The translations under genes were made by a program, and so were the position numbers. The notes beneath the pieces are model-generated. The model made no database searches. It was not told the DNA's origin and was given only the letters and a program-made list of their open reading frames with translations. From positions 26,102,001 through 26,166,000 of the forward strand of contig CATNEN010000001.1 of NCBI GenBank assembly GCA_950097015.1: DNA of 64,000 nucleotides, given 5' to 3'. This document shows, piece by piece, positions 13,648-25,000 of the stretch. Origin of the DNA: Macrostomum hystrix. Its lineage: Eukaryota; Animalia; Platyhelminthes. Position 1 is the first letter of the stretch. Each line of letters begins with the position of its first letter.

Positions 13648-14515
13648 AGAGGGTGTCAGGGATGGCAGAGGGTATCAGGGATGGCAGAGGGTGTCAGGGA
13701 TGGCAGAGGGTGTCAGGGATGGCAGAGGGTATCAGGGATGGCAGAGGGTGTCAGGGATGGCAGAGGGTGTCAGGGATGGCAGAGGGTATCAGGGATGGCA
13801 GAGGGTGTCAGGGATGGCAGAGGGTGTCAGGGATGGCAGAGGGTGTCAGCAGGGAAGGCAGAGTGTGTCAGATAAGACAGGGTGTCAGGGATGGCCGAGG
13901 GTGTCAGGGAAAGCAGAGGGTGTCAGGGATGGCAGAGGGTGTCAGCAGGGAAGGCAGAGTGTGTCAGGTAAGGCAGAGGGTGTCAGGAATGGTAGAGGGT
14001 GTCAGGGATGGCCGAGGGTGTCAGGGAAGACAGAGGGTGTCAGGGATGGCCGAGGGTGTCAGGGAAAGCAGAGGGTGTCAGGGATGGCAGAGGGTGTCAG
14101 CAGGGAAGGCAGAGTGTGTCAGATAAGACAGGGTGTCAGGGATGGCCGAGGGTGTCAGGGAAAGCAGAGGGTGTCAGGGATGGCAGAGGGTGTCAGCAGG
14201 GAAGGCAGAGTGTGTCAGGTAAGGCAGAGGGTGTCAGGAATGGTAGAGGGTGTCAGGGATGGCCGAGGGTGTCAGGGAAGACAGAGGGTGTCAGGGATGG
14301 CCGAGGGTGTCAGGGAAAGCAGAGGGTGTCAGGGATGGCAGAGGGTGTCAGCAGGGAAGGCAGAGTGTGTCAGGTAAGGCAGAGGGTGTCAGGGATGGTA
14401 GAGGGTGTCAGGGATGGCCGAGGGTGTCAGGGAAGGCAGAGGGTGTCAGGGATGGCAGAGGGTGTCAGGGATGGCAGAGGGTGTCAGGGAAGGCAGAGGG
14501 TGTCAGGTAGGGCAG
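13648..14515. repeat. 19-bp minisatellite (AGAGGGTGTCAGGGATGGC) with higher-order variant blocks
   Basis: Tandem copies read directly. Confidence 0.95.
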
Positions 14516-15126
14516 GTGTCAGGGGCTCCTCACTAAGCCACAGCTCAAGGTGAGCACAGAGTAAAATCCAGCCATTTCCTGCCCAATCGGTTTGCTAAAA
14601 GTGAGAACTGATTTGAGTCACTTCATATCTTTGCTTATTCCTGGCTGGGCAATTTGTGCTCATTGTGACACTGAAAATAAATTTGAGTTTGAAAGCAGCC
14701 GCCCAGTCTGCTGCTCACAATGGAAAAGGGCAAAGCAGGTGGCGCCAGTCCGCAGCCTCCAGTTTCTCGAGTTTGTCGCAGCGAGTCTCCATCTCTGCCC
14801 GGCCCGTCTCTCAGCTTCTTTCGCCTGCGCTCTCGGAGCGGGGGAGGTCGACGGGCCGTTTTCAGTGCAGTAAAACAAGCGGTCGGTTATAAAAAATAAA
14901 ATAGCATCCCCAAGCCTAGCACTGCTCAGGACTTACGGTGCAGGGCTGCTCAACCGGTTCGAACAGGATTTATTGTCGCATTGTCGCATGCTGGCATAAT
15001 ATCTGCTCAAGGTTAATGAAAATTAATTCGCACTCACTCAACTCAGTTTGACGAAACCTCGGACTCAAAATATAAAATTATGGAACTAAATGTGGAGAAT
15101 TTCTCAACTTAAAACTACAGGCAAAG

Positions 15127-15673
15127 TCGCTAATCCATGCTGGGCATGCTAATCCTTGTATGACATGCTAATCCTTGTAGGACATGTTAATCCTTGTAGG
15201 ACATGTTAATCCTTGTAGGACATGCTAATCCTTTCAAAACATGCTAATCCTTGTTGGACATGCTAATCCGTTTAAGACATGCTAATCCTTGTAGGACATG
15301 CTAATCCCTTTAAGACATGCTAATCCTTGTAGGACATGCTAATCCTTGAAGGACATGCTAATCCTTGTAGGACATGCTAATCCTTGTAGGACATGCTAAT
15401 CCTTGTAGGACATGCTAATCCTTGTAGGACATGCTAATCCTTGTAGGACATGCTAATCCTTGTTGGACATGCTAATCCGTTTAAGACATGCTAATCCTTG
15501 TAGGACATGCTAATCCCTTTAAGACATGCTAATCCTTGTAGGACATGCTAATCCTTGAAGGACATGCTAATCCTTGTAGGACATGCTAATCCTTGTAGGA
15601 CATGCTAATCCTTGTAGGACATGCTAATCCTTGAAGGACATGCTAATCCTTGTAGGACATGCTAATCCTTGTA
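15127..15673. repeat. 19-bp minisatellite (GACATGCTAATCCTTGTAG)
   Basis: Tandem copies read directly. Confidence 0.95.
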
Positions 15674-16099
15674 AGCTCTGGACAGACGAAGGGACTTAAG
15701 CTGAGCAGATTGTAATTGAGCAGTCAAACACAAAGCATCATCAGACAAAAGCTTCTTTTGAAATGAGCGGCTGGGGCCGTCAGTGCTCAGCACTTTGAGA
15801 ACTCGAGAAGGAGGCCTGAGAAAGCGACTCGAAAGACACCCACCCCAACTCCGCGAACTTTTACAAAACTGCAGAAAGGCGCTGAACAAATGCGCCATAG
15901 ACAGCGACTGAACCGGTTGAAACCGGATTTCATGCAGCTGCGGTTCGGTGGCTGCCGCACTTTCAGTTCAAGGTGGGTTGAAAATGCAACTCAAGTTTAA
16001 CAAACTGGACTCGAATTTGAAATTGGCTGATCAAGCTAGTAATGCCCTCAACTATAGAAACACTTTCAATATAACTGTCTTCCTATATCCACTCTATTG

Positions 16100-17550
16100 G
16101 ATCCTCATTCCTTTAACTCGATCCCCATTCCCTCAACTCGATCCCCATTCCCTCAACTCGACCCCTATTCCCTCAACTTGATCCCCATTCCCTAAACTCG
16201 ATCCCCATTCCCTCAACTCGATCCCCATTCCCTCAACTCGATCCCCATTCCCTCAACTCGATCCCCATTCCCTCAACTCGATCCCCATTCCCTCAACTCG
16301 ATCCCCATTCCCTCAACTTGATCCCCATTCCCTCAACTCGATCCCAATTCCCTCAACTCGATCCCCATTCCCTCAACTCGATCCCAATTCCCTCAACTCG
16401 ATCCCCATTCCCTCAACTTGATCCCCATTCCCTCAACTCGATCCCCATTCCCTCAACTCGATCCCCATTCCCTCAACTCGATCCCCATTCCCTCAACTCG
16501 ATCCCCATTCCCTCAACTCGATCCCCATTCCCTCAACTCGATCCCAATTCCCTCAACTCGATCCCCATTCCCTCAACTCGATCCCAATTCCCTCAACTTG
16601 ATCCCCATTCCCTCAATTTGATACCCATTCCCTCAACTCGACCCCTATTCCCTCAACTTGATCCCAATTCCCTCAACTTGATCCCCATTCCCGCAACTCG
16701 ATCCCCATTCCCTCAACTCGATCCCCATTCCCTCAACTCGATCCCAATTCCCTCAACTCGATCCCCATTCCCTCAACTCGATCCCCATTCCCTCAACTCG
16801 ATCCCCATTCCCTCAACTTGATCCCCATTCCCTCAACTCGATCCCAATTCCCTCAACTCGATCCCCATTCCCTCAACTCGATCCCAATTCCCTCAACTCG
16901 ATCCCAATTCCCTCAACTCGATCCCAATTCCCTCAACTTGATCCCCATTCCCTCAATTTGATACCCATTCCCTCAACTCGACCCCTATTCCCTCAACTTG
17001 ATCCCAATTCCCTCAACTTGATCCCCATTCCCGCAACTCGATCCCCATTCCCGCAACTCGATCCCCATTCCCTCAACTTGATCCCCATTCCCTCAACTTG
17101 ATCCCCATTCCCTCAACTCGATCCCAATTCCCTCAACTCGATCCCCATTCCCTCAACTCGATCCCAATTCCCTCAACTCGATCCCAATTCCCTCAACTCG
17201 ATCCCCATTCCCTCAATTTGATACCCATTCCCTCAACTCGACCCCTATTCCCTCAACTTGATCCCAATTCCCTCAACTTGATCCCCATTCCCGCAACTCG
17301 ATCCCCATTCCCTCAACTCGATCCCCATTCCCTCAACTCGATCCCCATTCCCTCAACTCGATCCCCATTCCCTCAACTCGATCCCCATTCCCTCAACTCG
17401 ATCCCAATTCCCTCAACTTGATCCCCATTCCCTCAACTCGATCCCCATTCCCTCAACTCGATCCCAATTCCCTCAACTTGATCCCCATTCCCTCAACTCG
17501 ATCCCCATTCCCTCAACTCGATCCCCATTCCCTCAACTCGATCCCAATTC
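16100..17550. repeat. 20-bp minisatellite (ATCCCCATTCCCTCAACTCG)
   Basis: Tandem copies read directly. Confidence 0.95.
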
Positions 17551-17816
17551 CTCCAACAAATGCAAACATCAGCTTTCCACGCCAGTAAAAAACAAATTGA
17601 AGCGAAAATTGGCAGTGAAAAAGCAGCTTGAGCCGAGACACTCGGGGGCTGAGAACAGCTCAAATTAGACGGGGCTCCATGAGTCACAAAACTGCTCAGC
17701 TTCGCAAACTTCTGCAGCCCACAGCAATGGCGGTGCTGGGACATACAATATTCAGCATCCCCAGCTCAAAGGCTGTTTGGAAACGGTGGGTTGAGTGCAC
17801 CCAAACCGCACAGGGG

Positions 17817-18404
17817 CAGTCAGTGCTCAGCACTTTGAGAAACTCGGCAGTCAGTGCTCAGCACTTTGAGAACTCAAGCAGTCAGTGCTCACCACTTTGA
17901 GAACTCAGGCAGTCAGTGCTCAGCACTTTGAGAACTCGGGCAGTCAGTGCTCAGCACTTTGAGAACTCGGGCAGTCAGTGCTCAGCACTTTAAGAACTCG
18001 GGAGGGCGGCCTCAGAAGATGCACTAAAAAGACGCCCACCCCACTCCAACTCCCCGGAGTGGAAGCAGATTTGGGGCTGAGAATTTCAGCAGTCACGCAT
18101 GACTACAGGCATTCAGTGGCATTGCTATTACAATTCTTTCATTGTCGGTACTGTTTCACACTGGCCAGACCTGATCTCTCCCAGCTCAGCCTCTCCTCTG
18201 CCCTGAGCTGCCCTGGCCGCGACTCGAGTTCCAGATGAGCACAGCTGCTCAAACCATTGTGTTCAACTAGTATCTATCTTGCATTGCTGCTTAAAAATTG
18301 CCAATTCCAGACACTCCACAGGGCAGCGAGTCCACAGCAGACAGCGGGGCGGGGAGATGAGGCTGCAGACTCAGCCCACTGTCTCACCGAGCTCTGAGCA
18401 GCTG
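17817..18404 (+). repeat. Dispersed repeat starting with a 31-bp tandem unit (GCAGTCAGTGCTCAGCACTTTGAGAACTCGG); inverted copy at 58083-58737
   Basis: ORFs 17978-18238(+) and 58249-58503(-) are near-identical; a single-unit relative lies at ~15775-15855. Confidence 0.85.
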
Positions 18405-18704
18405 CTCAGGCTGACCCGCACCTTCTGTTCCATTGTGCTTGGCTCCAGGCAGCCGCCCTCCCCTGCCCTGCCGGAGAAAGCAACAAAGCAAAGAGAAAAA
18501 AACAAAAATTTGTTAAGCTTTTCACAAACATTTCTTAGAATGTTGTAGGCACAATGAGCTACGAATATGATGGATAATTAGCAATCAGCACTGCTTTATT
18601 TAGTGTTTTGTGCGATGCGTAATTAACAAGTAAAACTAAAGGATTGGGCTTTGGACAATTCATTTCTTATTTAGCAGTCAGAGGTCATACATTATGCCAT
18701 TTAT

Positions 18705-18978
18705 GGTCATGCAAGAGTCATACAGGTTGGTCATGCAATAGTAATACAGCATTGTTATACAAGATTCATGCAGGATGGTCATACAGAATGGTCATGCAAG
18801 AGTCATACAGGCTGGTCATGCAAGAGTCATACAGAATGGTCATGCAAGAGTCATACAGGCTGGTCATGCAAGAGTCATACAGGCTGGTCATGCAAGAGTC
18901 ATACAGGCTGGTCATGCAAGAGTCATACAGCCTGGTCATGCAAGAGTCATACAGGCTGGTCATGCAAGAGTCATGCAG
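18705..18978. repeat. 24-bp minisatellite (GGTCATGCAAGAGTCATACAGGCT)
   Basis: ~11 tandem copies. Confidence 0.9.
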
Positions 18979-18998
18979 GAGCTAAGAATTCAACTGGG

Positions 18999-19129
18999 TC
19001 ACTTGCGCTTGAATGCGCTAAGGAGGCCCTGCCTTCGCAGCTGCCTACCCGTCAGGAACTCGTGGCTCAGCAGCTCCAGCGCGGACTTTCTCCTCCTGCG
19101 GTCTCGCTTCGTGCAGCGGCTGTAGAAGT
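18999..19129 (-). pseudogene. 3' remnant of a third ankyrin-kinase paralogue
   Basis: Translates FYSRCTKRDRRRRKSALELLSHEFLTGRQLRRQGLLSAFKRK*, homologous to the C-terminus of the two kinase copies; cut off at 19129. Confidence 0.8.
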
Positions 19130-19506
19130 TGCTCCTCTGTTGCTCCCCTGTTCCTCACCCGTTTCTCCCCTGTTCCTCGCCTGTTCCTCCCCTGTTCCTC
19201 CCTGTTTCTCCTCTGTTTACAGATTTACAGATTTTCATACAATATAGCATGCAATTTGCTCAGTGTTTATAACAATGCCACTAATATTATATTTCAAAGT
19301 GAGGTCACAATCCATAGAGCAATTCATGCGATTAAATGAAGTGACAAAAAGCTATTGAGGCAAGCATTGAACAAAGCTGCAAGCATGAGAAATGAGCAGA
19401 TGCAGAACAGAGTCTGGGTCACTGGGGGAAACCGCTGATCCCACAGCGCTATGTACAAATTGGACTCTCATGATCTGCTCACGCCAGCCACTCTGCCAGC
19501 TGTGCT

Positions 19507-20040
19507 TCACGGCCCGCCGAAGAGAGCGCTGAAGAAGCCCGGCTTGAGCTTCCCGCCCGTCAGGAACTCGTGGCTCAGCAGCTCCGCAGCGGACTTTCTC
19601 CTCCTGCGGTCTCGCTTCGTGCAGCGGCTGTAGAAGTCCCGCAGCTCCGCCGAGCAGCCGTCAGGCAGGGCGGGGGCTCCGTCCTTCTCCAGCTTCTGAG
19701 CCACGTGGAAGTAGTGTCTGGCGTTTGAGTAGGGCCTGCCTCCCGTGGCCATCTGGAAGACTGAGCAGCCGAACGCCCAGATGTCCGACTCTCTGCTGTA
19801 CCGCGGGTGGCCTTCATCGTCTGGTGCCAGCAGCTCTGGCGCCATGAAGTTCAGAGTGCCCTTCGGTGTGGCAGTGGAGGCTGTGAGGTGGCTGACAGAC
19901 TGCTCCAGCTTTATTGACAGGCCGAAGTCGATCAGCTTGACTCGCCTGTTGTCACCGAGCACAATGATGTTGCTGCAGTTGATGTCTCTGTGGATCACGG
20001 GCGCCTGTCGGCTGTGCAGGTAGTGCAGCGCGCTGCAGAT
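19507..20040 (-). CDS. Ankyrin-repeat Ser/Thr kinase copy 1, exon 7 (kinase C-lobe, STE11/MAP3K-like)
   Basis: Acceptor CAG at 20043-20041; ICSALHYLH..HRDINCSN, DFG, GTLNFMAPE, DIWAFGC; stop TGA at 19509-19507. Confidence 0.9.
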   Translation of the reverse strand: MCSALHYLHSRQAPVIHRDINCSNIIVLGDNRRVKLIDFGLSIKLEQSVSHLTASTATPKGTLNFMAPELLAPDDEGHPRYSRESDIWAFGCSVFQMATGGRPYSNARHYFHVAQKLEKDGAPALPDGCSAELRDFYSRCTKRDRRRRKSAAELLSHEFLTGGKLKPGFFSALFGGP

Positions 20041-20115
20041 CTGCAGGTGGGTGGGTTGAGGAACTGGTGTCGGCTGACGCTAAAAAGTCAACTCACTGCA
20101 TCACTTATGAGCAGG

Positions 20116-21005
20116 TGTTGTGAGCTGCGTCTCATAACGACCTTGCCCCGGCCCCTGCGTCTCCAGCCCTTCCACCCCAGCCGCCTGCTCAATCCAGTTC
20201 CGCCCGGCCCCGGCTTAGGCCACCCTCCGTTGGCGTGTTTGTCGTTTGTCATTCGCCCATTGGCTGTCCCCTGTGCCGTCCTCGCTAGTCCAATCAGGCC
20301 TCTCGCCAAGGAGGCTTCTGATTGGCTAGCCGGTCTCCTTCTCTCTCTCTCTCGGCTTGCAGCCGACCCCAGCCCAGCCCTGTTTGCTACCACCCCAGCC
20401 CTGCGTGGCTTAGCCCTACCCCGTCCAGCCCTATGCCCTCGCCCCACCCCACGCGGTTATTTATTTGCGCGCGCTGCCCGTGGCCAGCCCGCCCCCACCT
20501 GAACTCGTGCGAGAGCATTGCTGAAGTTAATTGAAATCAGAAGCGATTGGACGTAGAAAGTAGAAGCCATAATACACAGCCGGAAGCACCATTTTGCATG
20601 AGTTCCACATTCAACCCCTCTCGGTAAGAAAAGTATTCACGCGTTATTTATTTATTTATTATCAAATCTTGTTCCTCTGCCCGACCTCTGCGGTTGCCAA
20701 GAGCTCACCATCATCCTTCTCATCCAGAGTCTTCCTCGAGTCTGAGAAGTGTCGGTACGCTTCCAGACCATCATCTACCTCTCTCTTGGGCTGTCGAGTG
20801 GCTGCCCGCTCGCAGTCAAAACCTTCAATCAGGGCTTAGCGAGTGTCGGTACGCTCCAAGTCCATCCCGTCTCTCCTCGGAGTGCCTGGACGCCTCGAGG
20901 GTCGCTGCTTCCCCTCCCTCTACTCCCGGCAAGCTTTGGGCGGTCCGTACCCGAACCCCCACTACCGCGTTGGCGAACTGCCGACAATACGAAAGAATTA
21001 CAACA
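20116..21005 (+). repeat. 5' LTR (890 bp)
   Basis: TGTTG...CAACA termini, followed directly by the PBS; several CCAAT/ATTGG boxes in the 5' part. Confidence 0.95.
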
Positions 21006-21006
21006 T

Positions 21007-21024
21007 TGGCGCCCGAACGGGGAC
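21007..21024 (+). promoter_or_regulatory. Primer-binding site for tRNA-Lys
   Basis: TGGCGCCCGAACGGGGAC, one mismatch from the tRNA-Lys3 PBS TGGCGCCCGAACAGGGAC. Confidence 0.9.
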
Positions 21025-21048
21025 CGCTCAACTTAGCTTGCAAACTTC

Positions 21049-22083
21049 ATGGCGAATGTAGACGAGTTGATCGGATTGCTGGCAGAGCGGCTGCGTGCCG
21101 ATGGACCAGCTCAGAATCCGAGACTGCCGAAGCCAGTAAAGTACACGCCGAATTTGAACTTCCGACTATGGCTGCGATCCTTCAATGCGTACTGCGACTC
21201 GGCTGGGATCGATGAAGCACATCGACGGGATCACCTTCTAAGCATGCTCGATCTGTCTACCGCGTACGCCGCTGTCGATAATCTGAACCTGCCTGGTCCC
21301 GGCGACGACAATCCGCTGACCTACGAGGAGTTTACTGACCGACTGACAGCTCGCTTCTCGCGCTACCGGACCGACCAAGACAGCAAGGTCGAGCTGAAGA
21401 CCCGGGACCAGAAGGATGGCGAATCGCTGGAGTCCTACGCGGACGCCCTGCTGGAATTAGTGCGCTGCGCCTACCCGACGGCCACCGCCGAGCTACATGA
21501 CGACCTCGCCAAGGACCGCTTCATGCAAGGGGTGAGGCTCTCGGACCCTCAGCGTGAGAAACTGTACCTGGAGCAGCCTAATGACCTCGTAGAGGCGCAA
21601 CGGGTGGTCCGACAACTCGAGGCGGCCTCCAAGGCAGCGAAAGGACCGCGGCCAGCCGGAGCGATTGGAGGTGGGCACCGAGGAGTCTTTGTTGTCAGCG
21701 ACGCCAATAGTTCAGCGCACCAAACTGGCGGAGCCTGCTACAGAGATCGCGACAAGGACAAAGAGCTGGAGGAACTTCGGAATCAGCTGAAGCAGCTTCA
21801 AGGCAAAGTAGTGCAACTGGAATCGCAAAGGAGCACGCCAAACCTAGAGACATCATACCGACCTACGGCGCAATCATTGGAACCTACTCAAAAGGGGACA
21901 GCTGGAGCTGGCAGCGGCCGGGAGCAGCAGCGCAACGTCCATGAGCCAGCGCCGAGCACCAGGATCCGCTGCTTCCTCTGCAAGCGCCCAGGACACATTG
22001 CTGCCAACTGCCCAAGCCGAGGACAGTCGGGAAACGCCAAGTGGGACTTCCGCAGGGGCCAGGATGTCCCACCACGCCAGTAG
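21049..22083 (+). CDS. gag: Gag (344 aa) with CCHC zinc knuckle
   Basis: RDQKDGESLESYADAL capsid-type motif; CFLCKRPGHIAANC knuckle. Confidence 0.95.
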   Translation: MANVDELIGLLAERLRADGPAQNPRLPKPVKYTPNLNFRLWLRSFNAYCDSAGIDEAHRRDHLLSMLDLSTAYAAVDNLNLPGPGDDNPLTYEEFTDRLTARFSRYRTDQDSKVELKTRDQKDGESLESYADALLELVRCAYPTATAELHDDLAKDRFMQGVRLSDPQREKLYLEQPNDLVEAQRVVRQLEAASKAAKGPRPAGAIGGGHRGVFVVSDANSSAHQTGGACYRDRDKDKELEELRNQLKQLQGKVVQLESQRSTPNLETSYRPTAQSLEPTQKGTAGAGSGREQQRNVHEPAPSTRIRCFLCKRPGHIAANCPSRGQSGNAKWDFRRGQDVPPRQ

Positions 22084-22092
22084 CAGCCCCGC
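22029..22092 (+). promoter_or_regulatory. -1 programmed ribosomal frameshift signal (G GGA AAC plus predicted pseudoknot)
   Basis: Heptamer in gag frame; pol is in the -1 frame; stem GTGGGAC 22041-22047 pairs with GTCCCAC 22066-22072; loop GGGGC 22055-22059 can pair with GCCCC 22086-22090. Confidence 0.8.
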
Positions 22093-25000
22093 AATGTGGA
22101 CAAGCAGCTTCTGAACACTATCCGTCATCAAAACAACAAAGAAGCTGCCGACCGAGAGTAGAACCACCTGCGAGAATATTCCATCCTGTATCTGTCTACG
22201 TGTCTGTCAAGATTGCTGAAAAAGAACTACCAGGTCTACTGGATTCCGGTTCTGTGATGTCCTTAATCAATGAGAAGATCTGGCTACAATTGAACAAGTC
22301 GGTAAAATTAGAGCTCAGCCCGCTGGACACCGACCTTGTCTCTGCTAATGGGACACCAATGAAAGTTCTGGGATGCGTCTCGCTGCCTCTACAGATGGGT
22401 CATGAGGTGCTGCACACTCCCATAGCTGTTGTCCAAGGAGTCGGTTACGAGCTGCTGCTGGGCACCGACTTTCTGCGTCGCCATGGATGCCTAATTAACT
22501 TCACCGAAGGAGTCTTCATCGTCAATGGCTCAAAAATTCCGATTCGCGAGACCAAACACAAACCCGTGGTGTATCGGCTGTATCTAAACGAGAATATCGT
22601 CATACCGGCTAACCACGAGATGACGGTCTCAGCCAAGATTCGCAAGACGGCTACTCAGAATTCGGGAGTGCTAGGATTAGCTGAACCCGACAATCGAACG
22701 AGAAGCGACGAACAGCCTCTGATGGCCAGAAGCATGTGCATAATTCAAGCTGGCAACACCCTGCCGGTGCGCTTCGCTAACGTCACCGACACGGAACTGC
22801 GTCTGCCCAAGGGCTCTACCATCGGCTGGTTCCGTCCGGCAGAACCGACTCAAGAGGTGCTGGCTGTCAGCGTTGATGAAGGAGTTCCAGTCGCAGAAGC
22901 TAAAGTTAAAAGTAGCGACCGATGGGATCCGGAAGCAGCACTGAACGAGCACGGATCCAAGCACTTAACTGACGTCGACAAGTCCAGATTCCTAAAGCTC
23001 GTTAGCGAATTCTCTGATGTCTTTGTGGAGAGCACCGCGCAGCTTCGCACAACCGAAGTAGTTCAACACGAAATCGAAACGAAAGGAGACCCCGTCAAAC
23101 AAGCTCCAAGACGGCTCCCACCCCACTGGCGAGGGGAGGTGGATCGGCAGATCGACGAACTGCTTGCGACGGACAAGATCGAACCGACACAGTCACCATG
23201 GAGTTCACCCATCGTGTGCGTCAGAAAGAAGGATGGTGAACTCCGCCTGTGTGTTGACTACCGAGAATTAAACGATCGTACAGTCAAGGATGTGATTGCC
23301 ATTCCGCGCGTTGACGACGCTCTAGAAGCACTGAAGGGCGCTGTGGTATTCTCGACGCTAGACCTTTTGTCTGGCTACTGGCAGGTCGCAGTTAAGAAAG
23401 AAGACCAACACAAGACAGCATTCGTCATTCCGCACCGAGGTCAGTTCGCTTTTAAGGTTCTTCCATTTGGCCTGACTAATGCACCGGCAACATTCACCAG
23501 ACTGATGAGCATGGTGCTGCACGACCTCCTCTGGAAAACAGCGCTAGTGTACATCGACGACATCATAATCTGGTCGAGGACAGTCGACGAGCACTTCAAC
23601 CACCTGGAGGCAGTCCTGCATCGACTAAGAGCAGCCAATTTAAAGCTGAAGCCATCCAAGTGTAGATTTTTGGCAGATCAAGTTAAATTCTTGGGACACG
23701 TAGTGTCAGCGGCGGGTATCAACACCGACCCAGAAAAAAATGAGGAAGTAGAGAAATGGAGCACGCCAAGAAACATCAAGGAGCTCCAATCCTTCCTAGG
23801 CCTCGCTGGCTACTACAGGAACTTCATACCGCAATTCGCAGCACCACTGTTCGACCTCACAAAAAAGGACAAAATGTTCATCTGGGGCCAGGAGCACGAT
23901 GGAGCATTCGAGCGTCTCAAGAGCGAGCTTGTCGGATGTCGCGTCATGGCCTACCCAAACTTCGACGCCGATGCCGGAGAGTTCATTTTGGATACGGATG
24001 GAAGCACCCGTCAAGGGCTTGGCGCTGTCCTGTCTCAAGTGCAGAAGGACGGTACCGAACGAGTTATCGCCTATGGCAGCCGACGTTTGCACGGTGCTGA
24101 GTTTAACTACTGTACTACTCGCATAGAGCTGCTCGCACTAGTGACTTTCGTAGAAAAGTTCCGGTATTACCTCCTAGGCCGACGATTTCGCGTCAGAACC
24201 GACCACTCCAGCCTACAATGGATTAGAACTATGAAGCAACCTGAAGGGCAGCTAGCTCGATGGATGGAGAGACTGGCGCCATTCGACTTCTCAGTGGAAC
24301 ACCGAGCAGGAGCCCGCCATCAGAATGCCGACTCATTGTCACGCAAACCGACGCGGAAGCATCAGGAGATAGAAAGCTGCCCATCGTGCAAGCCGCCAAA
24401 GCCGCTAGAAGTTCGGGCCACTACCCTGTTGGGAGTCGTTAACATGGAGGATCTCGAAGCAGCGCAACAGGCAGACGACGATATGGAGCCGGTACTCAGC
24501 GCTTTCCGGAGAGGAATTGTACCGGACCAGGTGCCGCAAGGGACCTCACCGAAAACTAGAGCCATCTGGGCACAAAAGTCTCAGTTGGAGCTGCGAGACG
24601 GTGTGCTCGTCATGCGAGAACTCGGTCGACATCCCGCACGACCAGTACTGCCGAAAAGTCTAGCCGTCGAAGTTCTGAAAGCACTGCACGCTGGACATGA
24701 AGGAGGACACTTTGGGACTGCCAAGACCTTAGATAAGATCAAGAGTCGGTTTTGGAAGCCCGGACTCAAGAGAGAAGTCGAGGAGTACATTCGTCGATGC
24801 GACGACTGTAATCGAAGCAAGCCGCGGATGCGTCGAAAAGCTCCCCTAACACCGATTCCGAGCAGCCAGGTATTCGAGAAGGTCATGGTAGACGTAGTTG
24901 GACCGCTCCCGACAAGCAGAAGAGGCAACAAGTACATCCTGACGATGCAAGATGCCTACAGTAAATGGCCTGTCGCGATTCCAATCCCGGATCAGTTGGC

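Noticed and set aside
20594-20839. 81-aa sense ORF and a protein-like antisense frame inside both LTRs
   Set aside because: Some third-position bias between LTRs, but at least as many replacement changes; the antisense frame is broken near 20830 and its repeated AYRH motif reflects a DNA direct repeat
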